Origin: the human T2T-CHM13v2.0 reference genome, Homo sapiens
Length of the DNA stretch: 64,000 nt
Strand: one strand, 5' to 3'
Assembly (NCBI RefSeq): GCF_009914755.1
Contig: NC_060941.1
A program made the translations under genes and the position numbers. The notes below the pieces were generated by a model, which saw only the letters and a program-made list of their open reading frames with translations, was not told the DNA's origin and searched no databases. This document shows, in pieces, positions 29,549-43,400 of this stretch. Numbering within the stretch: the first letter of the stretch is position 1; the number at the start of each line of letters is the position of its first letter.

Positions 29549-29918
29549 CACTAAGGTCTGAATGCTGGTGTCCTCCCAAAATTCTTATGTTGGAAGAATT
29601 GACTCTCCAATGTGAGGGTAGTAAGAGCTGGGTGTGAGCTTTGGGAAAGTGAATAAGCCATGAGGGTTACATTCTCATGAACAGAAATAGTGCTCTTATA
29701 AAAGAAGTTGAAGGGAACTGCTTCACCCTTTCTGCCATGTGAAGACACAGCAATAGGCACTATCAATGCAGCACAGAGGGAGCCTTTCCAGACACCTGAT
29801 CTGCTGCTGCCTTGATCCTGGGCTTCCCAGCCTTCGGGACTGTGAGCAATACATTTCTACTGTTAATAAATTACCCAATCTATGGTATTTGTTAGAGCAG
29901 CCCAAAAGAATTAAGACA
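29549..29918 (+). mobile_element. MaLR solo LTR (MLT1A/MLT1A0-like)
   Basis: ggtctgaatgctggtgtcctcccaaaattcttatgttg...tatggtatttgttagagcagccc...taagaca. Confidence 0.85.
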
Positions 29919-30890
29919 CTATTATTTGTTGCCATTTCATAAATGAGCAAATTGAGGCTCAGGGAGGTTAGATCACTTGCCCAGTGTCATTCAGCAAGTT
30001 GGGAAGCAGTGAATCAAACCCAGAAAGTCAAATCAGTTTCGCTGCTTTTATTCCACAGTTCCTGCCCTCCCCTGCCTACCCCTGAGAATCAGAAGCAATG
30101 TCATCAGTTAGATATGACTATGTTATGCATAAGCCATATCAAATTACAGCCGTTAACACATGGGTTGACTCACACACAAACAACAGCTCAAATCTAGGCA
30201 AGAGGTATCAGCTGTTTGATAATATTTGTCCGCTAATTTTGCTAATTGTGTGCTCATTTGTCATCCTCTAGTGAGTGACAGCAGGCAAACAGTAGGAGGC
30301 ACCAAAGGTTTAAGAAAAACATATGGGAGAAAAGCTTAACTGGGAGGCTTTTCTGTCTTAGCTTTTTGGTTTTTTTCCCCCTGCCAACTGGAAAAAAACC
30401 ACAATTATTGCATTTCTGAGACAGAACTACCTGCTCTGGTTCATGGAAACCCATGTTATTTCAGAGATGCCACCCTGCTGCCCATTGGCGACCTTTCGAA
30501 GGTGCTCTCCTGGTGTTCTAACTCAATGTGCTGGACAGTTGTGCCTCTTCCCACCAGCATAGTGTCCTGGTACGGCAGGGACTCTGCAGCGTGGGGGGCA
30601 GGGGCACTTCAGGGGTGGGTGGTAAAAGCTGACCAGAACTGTGCAGCTCTGTTGTGGTTCCCACCCTTTGTGGAGAATCACTGCTCTAAGGTGACCCATG
30701 CCTCCTCCCATATCCTCTACACCTATGCTCTTTATGATATGACCCACTCTTTGGTTGGACTAGGGTCAACAGCTGGCCCAAGTGCAGCCAAACCATAGAC
30801 TGGGCAGGAAGCAAGGGCTCTGAGCTTCACCTCAAAAGATGAACTGTGCCTGTCAGACCCCTCTCTTGGAAATGTAGTGTCAGGGCTCCG

Positions 30891-31060
30891 GAGGGGTGGA
30901 GCTTCTGCACTTCAGGGGTACATGGGGGTGAGCTGGGCAATGGCCACAATGAACCAGAGTTCTCGAGGTGCAGGAGCCATGTGGGAGTCCAGGGAGTCAG
31001 CGGGTGCCAGCAGGAAAATGGAGCAGATCCACAGATGGAGGAGGGGATGTCAGGGGAGAG
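30891..31060 (+). repeat. 170-bp local direct duplication A, copy 1
   Basis: Ungapped match to 32929-33098, 25 mismatches by hand count (about 85%). Confidence 0.95.
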
Positions 31061-31088
31061 ATGAGACTCTGAGGGACTAACCAGGCAA

Positions 31089-31161
31089 AATAGAAGTTTG
31101 CAGCAAGTAATAGTAGTAGAAGCCTGAAAGTCTGTTAGGTAACCGAGGCTGCAAACATCAG
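31089..31161 (+). repeat. 73-bp local direct duplication B, copy 1
   Basis: 71/73 identical to 32348-32420. Confidence 0.97.
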
Positions 31162-32052
31162 CCTTTCCTGCTCCTGGCCCGTTTCTGGGAGGTCTGCATG
31201 TAGGGAGGCGCTCGTTCTTGGATTCTCATGAAATTTTCCTTCTTCTTTCTTGGCATCTTTATCATGACCCACCCACTCGCATGCTTTTACTCAAACCAGA
31301 TAGCACTGCCTTAACGAGGGTGCACAAGAACGCTATTTGAGTTGCTGGGGCCTAAACTGCCTCAGTAAGTGAATCTCTGCCTCCCCTCAGACCCCCCATT
31401 GGATGGTCAGAATCTGCAGGAGACTGGCTCAGCTCACCATTCCACTGTTTTGTTCCCTCATTAGCTCTGTTCCCCAGTTAGCTCGCCAGCCCCTTTGCCT
31501 TGCCCTGCCCTCCCAGCCACTGCCCCCGACCGAGCTGTTTACATGGCTTTCTACATTAGGTTAGTGCTCACTCCCAAGTTCCCAACCTCCTACTTGACTG
31601 TGTCTCCCACTGTGATCCTTTCCTTAGCTCCTGCGGAGCCTGGGCTCATTTACATTTCACTCACCAACCTCATTTAGGTAATTTTCTACAGTTAATTCAA
31701 CGTTCACCAAGTAGCCCTGGATTGCATTTGCATTCATCACCTTCTGGGGCTCTGAAGCATTTCAGAGTATACAGGCTTCCCTGCTGAGATCCCCACTTAC
31801 GCAAACGCAACAACAAATCTCGTGGGCTCTGAGCAGAAGATCCCGCTGCAGGGTCAGCCCAGTATTCTCTTCTGACAGCAGCCTCAGGAGGACAGGAAGT
31901 GCCCTTTGTCCTGCCAGTCTTGTCCAAGGAGGAGGTGCCCTGACTCTGGCCTTCCTGTCTCCTATTAATTCATTGTGAATCCATCTCTAGGTTTACTGCC
32001 TGCCGTGCAAAGCATTTCCTTCACCTTAGCCAAAATAGCCTAAGCTTCAGGG

Positions 32053-32068
32053 GGTGCCATCTAGTGCC
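32053..32068 (-). promoter_or_regulatory. Candidate CTCF site
   Basis: Minus strand ggcactagatggcacc closely matches the CCACTAGATGGCA class of CTCF core; motif only, no occupancy evidence. Confidence 0.5.
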
Positions 32069-32347
32069 TGTATTATTACAAAGCTTGGGAAGTAGAAAAT
32101 ATACGATAAAAGGCTTCACAATATCAGAATTGAAAAGGTGTGGTTGCTTGTGAACACAGTCACAGAGAGCCCTTGGCTCATAACAAGCTACTTCTTGGTC
32201 TCCACTTTGCTAACTGGTGGTGGGCGTCATGGCTATAAGACTCTCAAACCAGCACAGCAGGCCTCACTGTCGATGGGTGCTGTACAGGACAAACTTTTTG
32301 CTTTAGTCTTCTACAATTGTTCAGGTTAGTAAAAGAAAACTTGTGAT

Positions 32348-32420
32348 AATAGAAGTTTGCAGCAAGTAATAGTAATAGAAGTCTGAAAGTCTGTTAGGTA
32401 ACCGAGGCTGCAAACATCAG
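32348..32420 (+). repeat. 73-bp local direct duplication B, copy 2
   Basis: 71/73 identical to 31089-31161. Confidence 0.97.
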
Positions 32421-32928
32421 TAATTCGTCTTTATCCGCAAAGCAGGGAAAACGGGACTCTATCACTTACGGGTTTCCCCTGCCTTTGTTGTATTTCAGGA
32501 ATTACTGGAAAGAAATTGTCTGACCTGGCTCCTTTTGTGTTTCATTTGGGCCTCAAAGGCCGTATATTTGTAAGAAGAATGTCACTGTCTATGTCAAGCT
32601 TTCTGGACAGAATTCTAGAAATTCACCTGTAGCTTGTTCTTATTCCATACTGTGCCACCCTTTCACAACCCTGGTTCAGTTTGTTTTAAGATTTTCTATC
32701 CAGGATCTCAGTGGCTGAGATGTTAGTCCCCATCGTGCTTCAGGTAGTAGAATAAGGGCTGGAGACCAGAGCCTGGGCCCACCATCCCACCATCGCTGTC
32801 TGTGAATATGCCTCATGCTGTGAGCAACACAATAAAGTTTGCTTCAAACAAAAGTATCATTTCCCTGTAGGAAGCCAGGTAAAAGTGCTGAGAAGTACCA
32901 CTATAACAGTTCCTTCTCTCTCTACCCT

Positions 32929-33098
32929 GAGGGATGAAGCTCCTGCACTGCAGGGGTGTGTCGAAGTGAGCTTGGCAGTGGCCCCAGTGGGCCAGAGTTC
33001 TGGGGGTACAGGAGCCATGTGTGAGTCCAGGGAGTCAGCTGGTGCCAGCAGGAAAATGGAGCAGACCCACAGGTGGTGGAGGGGATGCCAGGGGAGAG
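32929..33098 (+). repeat. 170-bp local direct duplication A, copy 2
   Basis: Matches 30891-31060. Confidence 0.95.
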
Positions 33099-33149
33099 CC
33101 GGGGCCCAGATTTTACAACTCCCTTGTTTCTTTGGCTGCCTAGTGCAGA

Positions 33150-33313
33150 TTTATTTATTTGTTTGTTTGTTTGTTTGTTTATTTATTTATTTTAGACGGA
33201 GTCTCTCTCTGCCGCCCAGGCTGGAGTGCAGTGGCACGATCTCGGCTCACTGCAAGCTCCGCCTCCCAGGTTCATGCCATTCTCCTGCCTCAGCCTCTCT
33301 AGCAGCTGGGACT
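33150..33313 (-). mobile_element. 5'-truncated AluY (right arm)
   Basis: ctgcaagctccgcc and tgccattctcc Y diagnostics; (TTTG/TTTA)n tail; degenerate TSD tgcagatttatt / tgcagttttact. Confidence 0.9.
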
Positions 33314-33342
33314 GATGCAGTTTTACTTTGCATCTCTTCCTA

Positions 33343-33805
33343 TGTAGCAGGATGAGCCGCAGAAAAGAACCCCTCAGAAACCGAGTTGTGGAAGGAAAGG
33401 GCTTTATTCAGCTGGGAGCACCGGCGGACTCACGTCTCCAAAAACCGAGCTCCCCGAGCGAGCAATTCCTGTCCCTTTTAAGGGCTTACAGCTCTAAGGG
33501 GGTCCGTGTGAGAGGGTCGTGATCGATTGAGCAACCAGCGGGTACGTGACTGCGGGCTGCACGCACCGGTAATCAGAACAGAGCAGAACAGGCCAGGGAT
33601 TTTCACGATGCTTTTCCATACAATGTCTGGAATCTATAGATAACACAAGCAGTTAAGTCAGGGGTTGATTTTTAACTACCAGGCCTGAAATGCAGCGCCG
33701 GGCTGTCTGACTACTGATTTCACTTCTGTCTTTTCTTTAACTCCTACTTTTTCTTTGAAGCAGAAATTGGTCATAAGACAATATGAGGGGTGGTCTCCTC
33801 CCTTA
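33343..33805 (-). mobile_element. Solo LTR2-family LTR (HERV-E/Harlequin)
   Basis: Minus strand starts taagggaggagaccacccctcatattgtcttatg and ends gctcatcctgctaca; 463 bp; internal AATAAA; flanks ccta / cctc (3 of 4 TSD match). Confidence 0.92.
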
Positions 33806-34239
33806 CCTCTAGCTTGATGCAAAGGAGGGCTGGTATCCCTGCTTTAGCAAAGCACAGCGCTTCTCCACCCCTTAAGCTCTCTTAGGCAGCTGACAGCAGC
33901 TTATCAAACACTTGTTCTGTGTGTTGTCAACTGGGAGTGTTCTCAGGTTCCTCTAAGCCACCAGCTAGCCTGAAGGTGCAGTCTGGGAAAAGGACTGCTT
34001 TGCTGAATCCCTCTTTATGAGCTAGAAGGGCCTTCTGAACATGGGCCAGGCTCCATCAGTTTCAGAGCGGGAGGTGGTGGAGTGTATCTACTCAAAACTG
34101 CATGGGGAATGAGCGCTGTTCGGCCGTTCTCAACATTTCCTTTAAGAAAGTAATGTTGGCGCTGATTCCAGTAGACCTTTAAAAAGGCTCTTTATTCAAG
34201 TCTTAGAACTGATTAGATGAGAGCCATGCTGGGTCTGTC

Positions 34240-34294
34240 GGGCTCAATTTATATCCTCTCTACTTCTGGGCTCAATTTATATCCTCTCTGCTTC
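34240..34294. repeat. 28-bp tandem duplication
   Basis: gggctcaatttatatcctctct(a/g)cttc twice. Confidence 0.95.
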
Positions 34295-34459
34295 CCAAGA
34301 GGGAGCTGAGCCAGGCCAGGTAGGTTCCCCAGAATAGGCAGGGTCAATTCCAACGCCACCTTCCCAGGGTGATCTGGAATGGGTTCTTTCTCCCTCTCTC
34401 TCCCTTCACCAGGTGCTCCTGCAGAGGAACCTGGTGTCTTCCCCACCCCAGGCTGCAGG

Positions 34460-35114
<655 letters not shown>

Positions 35115-35204
35115 GTCCTAGAAGCATTTTAGACTGCAGAGGTTTAGAGATTTACAGCTGAGACTCTGGGTGAAGAGCAGGAATGAGAAAGATCAAGAAG
35201 GCAA

Positions 35205-35690
35205 AGATTCTGCCACTTCTCTGCTCAAAACTTTCTAAATTTTGATTCCTTCTGATTCCTTCCTCAAGACCTCTGAGGTCTCTAAGGCCCTGGAGGCCTT
35301 GCACAGGCTGGTCCATGTCCTCCCACCCTCGTATGTCTCCTGGAGCTCCAGTCAACCTGACCTTGCTTTTCAGCATAGCCAGCCATGCCCATCACAGGGC
35401 CTTTGCACATGCTGTTACTTCTGCCTAAAACACTCTCCCCTGGACAGTTGCATGCTTAGAAAGTCACCTCCTCAAAGAAGCCATCCCTGATTCACTTCCT
35501 CAATCCCAGTCAGAACCAATCACTATCCCTTCACCCTGCTTTGTTTTTCTTTAAAATTCTTATTACTCCCTGACATTGAATTGCATGTTTACTTTCTGTT
35601 TCCTCCAGACAGGGAGCCTCTGTCTCTTTTATTCACCGCAGTGCCTGGCACATACTGGATACTCAGAGAATGCTTGTTCAATGAACACAA
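35205..35690 (+). mobile_element. L2 3' fragment
   Basis: cagggcctttgcacatgctgtt...gtcacctcctc...gtgcctggcacat...ttgttcaatgaa. Confidence 0.8.
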
Positions 35691-37049
35691 ACATCAATGC
35701 TGCAAGGCCAATGAGATTCAGCCATTTTTCAAATGAATAAGCTCAGGCTTGGAAAGAGGTGAGTACGGGACAGAGCAGGAATTGATTTCAGCGACTGCAC
35801 CGAGCTGTGAGGGACAGTGGCTGGGTGACCTGGGAAGTCACCTCTTCTAGGACCTCATGCACTGGGAATGTGCCCTAATCCAGGGGATGAGGACCAACTT
35901 AGCAGGGAAGAAAATAAAACCAAGAGAAAAAGGCCACTCTGACTTGCTCTGGACATTTCCTGTGGGAAACAGATGTCAGGATTAAAAGGAAAGAGCAGGT
36001 GTGAGGTCTCACTCGTTCATACTCCGGCATCACAGAATCCTTTGAGGAGGCACGTGGGGCCAACCTAGACAGGCTATCAATAATCAAGGTCCTTCCAGAT
36101 GCACGAAACAGGCCTTAGAGCCTCAGAGCTGCAGGAGATTTTCATGCCTGCCCCTTGGGCACATCCCAAGATCAGGAGCTCACTCCTTCCAAGGCAGCCG
36201 AGCTGTTAGTTTTTCTGTTCACTTTAATCAACAGAACGTATTTGATTCTTTCGGGTCAGCAGCGACTTTCTTGTAGTTGATGTTTTTCAGACACTTGTTC
36301 TAGTTTTGGACTTCTGGGGGCACATTGAACAGACTAATTCCTGCTCCCTAGATCAGCCCTTCTGAGACAGAAGGTCACGGTGGCTGAGAAGCTGAACTTC
36401 CCAGGAAGCACATTCTCGGCAGGCCTGCCCTGTGATCTCACCTGCAAGGGGACAATTTGGAAATCAAGTATTATGGCTTAGCAATTCGGGGGCTGATTCT
36501 CTGAGGCCACAGCCTTCTCCTTGCTCACCCAGAGTAATGCCAGTTCGAAACGGCCAGCCCGACTTCTCTTCTGACTTCCAAACTCAAACTTGCATTTTCT
36601 TGTTACTTTAGCAACATTGATTCAAGCACTTGTGTGTGCCAGGTATGATGCCACACCTTGAGGATAGAATAATGAAGAAGATATAGCCCCTGGTCTCGGG
36701 GAGTTCATAGTCTTTGTGGAAAGGCTGACAAGTCCACAAGGTATTAAAACCCAGCAGGATCCAGGCTGGAATGAAGGCAACTCTCAAGGGCACAGGCCGT
36801 GGGCACCGAGGAGGACCTGACACACCCCGTGGGATGCAAGGAGGACACCCTGGAGGAGGCAAGGCCAATGCTGCCAATTTCCCATTGCCTACCGGGGAGT
36901 TCAGTCTGTAAGTCCCACAGATGCTTCTAGTGAAACCCATTTGTCATCTTAATCAAGAAAGTTCAAAATCATCATCTCATGCTTTCTTTCCACCTTAGCC
37001 TATCTCCAACACACTTGCATACACCCACATGGGTGCCCATACATGCAAA

Positions 37050-37680
37050 CAGAGTCACTTCTATCTCCTTGCCTAATCTTTCTCAAACCTGTCCCTCCCC
37101 CTCAAGCTTTCCAGCTCCTATCAATTCTCACAGACCTGTAGTGCCATACTCCCCACTGCTCCATCCCTCTGCCACCCCATTCTCCACTGTGCTGGAAAGG
37201 TCCTCATACATACTGACATGCAAATGACCATGGATCCCTATTTCCAGCAGGCAAGACTCCCCAGAAGCTGGCTGTCTAGGGCCCTGGGCAGCCTGTCCAG
37301 CACCATCCCTGTGAGCCCTGCCTGCAAGCCTCAAGCGCCAGCCATGCTGGCATGCTTGCCCTGCCCCAAACAATCATGTCACACTCGTTCCCACCTCTGT
37401 GCTCCTTTACACACACTGCCCCCTACATCTGGAACACCCTGCCCTTTCTTTTCAGCCCCCAAACCTCCTAGTCATCCTTTAAACCCACTCAAATGTCACC
37501 TTTTCTGTATAACCTCCCTCGGACAGTCAGTTGCTCTTACTGAGAAAAGAATGCTGTGCCATCATAGCCATTATCATCAGCCCACTAGCCAAGGGGCTTC
37601 TCCCCACCTCCAGGCTGGGACTCTCAGAGAGCAAAGACAGTGTGTAATTCATCTGTGAGCCCCAGAACATAGCAGAGAAC
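37050..37680 (+). mobile_element. L2 fragments
   Basis: ctctgtgctcctttacacac...ctcaaatgtcacc...tcatctgtgagccccagaacatagcaga. Confidence 0.6.
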
Positions 37681-37789
37681 TTAGTAATAACATTAATAAA
37701 CAATGCTATTATTTATTAATGATGAATACAACCAGCAATAGCAATGAATAAAAATACTGATGAATAATAAGGAATAGCAATGAAAATAC

Positions 37790-38035
37790 CTGGCATCATC
37801 ATGATGATATTACCATCCATGGTGCCAAGCCCCTTGCTAAGGACTCTATAAGAAAGATCTCATTTAATCTCTCGGTATCCTCTAAAATCCTGCTCCCACA
37901 TTGTGGATGAGGAAACTACAGCTCAGAGGGTATAAATCCCTCTCCTGGGGTCATACTTTTTGTAAACAGCAGAGACGAGATTTGAAGCCATGTCCATCTG
38001 ATCTCCAAGCTTGTGCTGTGCGCTTTAGCCACTGT
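37790..38035 (-). mobile_element. MIR
   Basis: atctcatttaatct...gatgaggaaactacagctcagagggt...agatttgaagcc. Confidence 0.75.
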
Positions 38036-38194
38036 GCTTCTCTGGGACACAAAAAGGGATACTGAATTAATTACCACAGGTGCTAGAGAGCCAGTTCCTC
38101 AGAACACCTTATCTGCTGCAATTCCTGTGACCTTTCAGTATCAACTCAAAGTTATCAATTAAGCTCTGTCTCTAGGGAGGTGAGACAGGGCTCT

Positions 38195-38355
38195 CATTCC
38201 ATGAGATCTGGCTCTGCCAATCTCAGGCTGTGTGATACTGGGCAGGTGACTTACCTCTCTGGGCCTCAGGCTCCTCATCTATAAAATGGGGACATGCAAG
38301 TCCCTAACCCAGAAGGTCAGTGTGGGGATCGAACAGGAGATAGCACATGAAGAGC
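38195..38355 (+). mobile_element. MIR
   Basis: tgggcaggtgacttacctctctgggcctcaggctcctcatctataaaatgggga. Confidence 0.8.
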
Positions 38356-39155
38356 ACAGGTTGAGTTTGTGGGGTGCGGGGGCGTTTGGTAGGACAGTCA
38401 GTGGTTTACCAAACCAAAGTGCAAGCTGAAAGTTTCGGACCCCAGGGATCAGTGAAAGAGCTTAAAGAGCCCAGTCTCAGGGATCAGTGCCCACAAAGGT
38501 CTGGAATTCTGGATGTCAGGATAAAGAGAGTTGACAGGGAGACTGAGATTCACCCTCACCCTACACGGGGATGTTTTCCTCTGACCCCTTTTAGCTTCCT
38601 TTTTTGGACTGCACGTGGTCTCAGAACGGGGCCTCCACAGCCCAGGCGAGGTGGTCTGTGGACATGGCTCCTGTAAGTGCCCACCAGACAGAGTGTGAGG
38701 CAGCCAAGCTGAGGTCGGCACTGGAAGAGCCCAAGAGAAAGCTTGGGAGGTCCATGGTGGCCACTGAAGTCCAGAAGACAAGACAGACTTAGGCAGGCCA
38801 GAAGGGAAACTACTCCTCTGTGAGGGGCTGGGAGGACAGAGGAGGAGCCCAGGTGTCCTGTGGAGAACTGAATTTCAGAAGAATTTCTTGGGGGCTCTGG
38901 AGCGCCCCGCAGAACCACCTCAAGGCAAGAGCAGGAACCAAGAGGCCTCTGAGTTCTTGCTGTATGACTTGGAAAAATGTTCCGCCCCTCCCTGGGCCTC
39001 GTTTCCTCCACTGTATGATGAGGGAGTGAACTCTGAGATCACGTCTATATCGATCACCATCATTCCATGTGACCTGAAGAGACAAGCATGAACACATCGC
39101 TCTAAGCCTCAGTTTCCTCATGTGTACAGCAAGACTAGAAATGGCTGTCTGTTAA

Positions 39156-39364
39156 GGCTGCTGTGCGTACAGTGCCTGGGAGGTAGCACACAGTAGGTAC
39201 TCAATTAATTCCCACCCTCCACCTCCACCAAGCCCAAGCGGAGAGAGTTAGAGTCCTCCTGTCTGTCTCTCTCCCTTCCTCAGTGACTCTGGGAGGCTGG
39301 GGTTTTCACCCACTATGCCAGCCTAGCAACTGGCAACTGGGCCATCCCTGCTGGGAAATGCCTC

Positions 39365-39365
<1 letters not shown>
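39156..39365 (+). repeat. About 210-bp local direct duplication, copy 1
   Basis: Aligns to 40930-41159; shared cctcagtgactctgggaggctgggg, acccactatgccag and ccatccctgctgg. Confidence 0.93.
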
Positions 39366-39701
<336 letters not shown>

Positions 39702-40929
39702 TAATGTATACTCATTAACAGAGAAACTGGAGCATATTGGAGAAAAGAAGAAAAATAAATCACTTGTGACTCTACTAACATTTCATAGCATGCCTTCCTT
39801 TTTCTATGCAGAGTACTCCTTAAGTGGGTAAGGTCATTTTCAATATTCAATGTCATTTCCTGGTTTCTTCTACTTAAGGCTATCACAAACTTTCCTATGT
39901 TGGTATAAACATATTTTTAATGGCTGTCCTGAGATTTCCCTAGCCAGCCCTATCCACATTGCCAGGTATTCATGAAGTTTCCAAATGTCCAGTCTTCTAA
40001 AAGCAAAGAGCCACGGATATTTAATTCATTGAGAGTTTTGTTTGTTTGTTTGTTTTCCCCCACTGCTTTTAGAAAATTTTTTTTTCTCTTAGCACAAACT
40101 GCCAGAAGTAGGCTTCTGGTACAAAGCAGATGATGACTTTTAGGGCTGGCAATTTCTGTCCTTTGTGGTCAACATTGCCATTAACTTACTGATGACTTGG
40201 GGTTTCCAGAGTCCTGGATAAAGAAGAAAGGAGTTTCCTAGGGAACAAGCCTAAATCTCCTGGGAAGAATCAGTGAGAGCCTTTAAGTTTATTTCCTCCT
40301 TTTCTGGCCTGGTTTGAATAGAGCCCCAGGGCAGGAGGGTTTTTCTGAGCTACCTGAACTTTAAATACCTGCCTGGGGCTTCCTTTACTGAATCTTATAT
40401 TTTCCTCCCTGTGTTATGCCAAGGTCTGGGAGTTTGGAGGGATGCCCTAAACGGGACAAAAAGGGGTTACTGGGGATCAGGGAGTAGGAAGCTGGGCCAG
40501 CACCAGAGCCCCTGATTTCTTCAGCTGGGGGCTCCCTCCTTATCCACCTTCAAGTTCACTGCCCCCTACCACACCCAATGTCCCTGATATTCCCTCCCAC
40601 CAACGCTAGAGGCTGTTTCCACCATGGCTAGACTCTGGTGACAGTCCATTTAGCTGGTGAGGGCTCTGAACCCTTACCAGCTCCTACTAGCTCCCTTCTT
40701 CTGGAAAAGGTGTCATGTTCCCTATATTCCCAGTAATAATATCTGAGATTTATAAAGCACTTGTCCTTAATACTCTGATAAACTTCCCTTGTATCATCTC
40801 CAGTCATCCTCACAACTTCCTCCAGATGAGCTCTATTTGTCAAGGGAGAAATGGAAGACTTAGAGATGGAGAGTTATTTGCCCAAGGCAAACAATTAGCA
40901 TAGGGTGGAAGTGGGATTTGATCCAGGAG

Positions 40930-41159
40930 GGCTACTGTGTATGCAGTGCCTGGGAAGTGCCCAGCCTAGGAGCTGGCCATCAGTAGGTGCTCAATTAATT
41001 CTCACCCTCTACCCACCTCCACCAAGCCTGAGAGGGGACAGCTAGAGGCCTCCTGCATGGCTGTCTCCCTGCCTCAGTGACTCTGGGAGGCTGGGGTCTT
41101 TACCCACTATGCCAGGTGGCAACCTGATCATTGGACCATCCCTGCTGGAAAGTGCCTCT
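40930..41159 (+). repeat. About 210-bp local direct duplication, copy 2
   Basis: Aligns to 39156-39365 with small indels. Confidence 0.93.
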
Positions 41160-42769
41160 GTGCTCAGACTCTGGCCTCTGCTCTCTCCCCATTGACCGGG
41201 GTCAATAACCATGCAGTACAGACTGTGCTTATTATAACTTCTGTGGGCACTGCCCGGGGCCAGCCCTCCCACCCAGGCAGTTCCTGCTGGCCTAGGTCCT
41301 CCTTTGAAGGCTTACTTTTCATGGTCCCTGCCAGCCCATTGTTGGGGCCTCACCCCTTCTTACTGCCCAGACATGGGATGGGACAGAAATTTCTGTTGTT
41401 CTCCATAGCTGTTGTCACAAGATAGTAAAACTATAAGCTTCCTTAAATATCACAAGGACATCTCCCGTTTGCCTCATATTCAATATAGAGTCATGCCATG
41501 ATTATCTCATTAATCCCCCCAATTGCCCTGTGCAGTAGAGAAAACGAATCAGAGAGGTCAAGTAACATTCTCAAGGCAGTACTGCCCATTGGAAATTGAA
41601 TCAGAACTAGAAACAATATCTCTTGGCTCTAGGCCTGGTGATTTTTCTTTTATTCAATCTCTTGTTTTTTAGAAGAGAGCTGAAGTTCAGAGAAGGGAAG
41701 AGGCTATCTAAGGTCACAAAGCATGTCAGCTGAGAAAGCCTGGAACTAGACTCCTCTAATTCCCTGGATCCCCTGCATAAAAAGCAAACAGAGCGTGAAT
41801 GAATCAAGAAAATGCACACTACAGAGTGCAGGCTCTTCCAAATCCTGGAGACAAACTGGCTGTACTGGATTTCTACAGTGGAGTCAATTCCACAGAGCTG
41901 GTGTGACCCACTGTGGACTCCAGGGCTGGGATGAAGTACCACAGGATGGTGAGCAGGCAGCTGGAACCAGACCGCTGTGGCAACAAGGTGTCCATTCACT
42001 GTTGCCCACGGCAGAGCAGGGGTGTGGCCAGCAATGCTTTCCTCTGAATCTGGCTCATGGGACACATGATTTCTGTCCCTGCTGCAGTAGCTCCCTTTAG
42101 ACACAAGTTGTAAATAGGGCATTTGGGAAAGGTGGTGCTGCTGGTTACTGTTGAGGAGACCAGGGTTCTTATTTGCCCAGAGGAAGGCCAGGGTATCGGT
42201 CATCTCATCAAGGTGACTCCTGAGAATTTGGATGTGAATAATGGCAGGGATAAAAGAAAGAAAAGGAGGAGAAAAGGGCCTACCCTGCGTACTCATGCAT
42301 CCTCTCCTTTAATTTCTCACCTTGACCTAGGAGAGCAATACGCTACTCTAGGTAAGCCATTGTCCAAGGTCATGTGGTCAGCAAACAACCCTAACTAGGC
42401 AGCGTGCCCAACTCCGAGGATCATAAGGTTTCTATTCCACTTCCTGTCCCCACCTAACCAGTAAGTTGGCCCTTGGGCTTATCATGAGTGAGGACTTCAG
42501 ACTGGTTCACTCCATGATTTCTATGGTAATCTTTAACATATTCTGGGTTCCCTGTAGAAGCTGGTTGGCCAGCCTGTGCCATCCAGCTGCAACAGCAGTT
42601 TCCAGAGGGATCACCCTGAAGCATCTCTATCATCTAGTGCTGCTCTTCACTGAGCAAGGCCTAATCTCAGGATTGAGGACCCCACAGTGGGCCTAAAGGC
42701 AGAGCATGGATAAATTGCACTGTGGTTTCAGATATGAGTGATACATAACCCCCTCCCTCCCTCCTTCAC

Positions 42770-43400
42770 TCCACATCCATCCCTTCCTTCCTTCCTTCTT
42801 TCCTTCCTTCCTTCCTTCCTTACACATTAAATTGAACACAACAATGCACTGTAGTAGGTACAGTGCTGGAGATAAAACAGTTGACAAAAATATAGTTCCT
42901 GGCTTCCCAGAGCTTGGATCCTAGCAGGGGACATAGTTATCTCTCACATAATCACAATACACAAATCTTTGCAAATTGAGACAAGACTGTTAAGCAAAAC
43001 ACAGAGTATTTTAAAGAACACAATGGGGGATCTGATCTAGTCTTGGGGTGTCAAGAGAAGCTTGGTGTTTGACCTGAGACTCAAAGGATGGTGGTGATGC
43101 ACTGTAGGGCATATGACCGCCCCGTGGCCTGCTCCCTAGAAAACAGAAAGAAAGCCAGGGCAGCTGTAGCCCAGACGGAGTGGGCCTGAGGCCAAGCACA
43201 GCCTCCAGGGCCAGGCTGAGGTGTTTAGATTCCATTCTAAGTGCGGTGAAGAACTATCTAAGTGCTCAGGCAGCGACTGGCAGTGTCAGATGAGCAGCAG
43301 GAAAAGATCTTCCTGGATGTTGTGCAGAGTGGAGAATGAGGGGCCAAGAGCTGATGCAGCATGACCAGTTAGGAGTCTAAGTGCAGGAGCCTAGGTGAGC
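42770..43400 (-). mobile_element. L2 3' region
   Basis: aggtacagtgctggagataaaacag...gacctgagactcaaaggatg...ttctaagtgcggtgaagaacta...gaccagttaggag. Confidence 0.75.

Noticed and set aside
30846-33355. Repeated peptide [14 protein letters not shown] in two ORFs, suggesting paralogous exons
   Set aside because: Explained by the 170-bp DNA duplication; no splice sites at the homology boundaries.
41607-42296. Longest ORF (229 aa, minus strand)
   Set aside because: No recognisable domain, its end runs into MIR sequence, and this length is plausible by chance in 64 kb.
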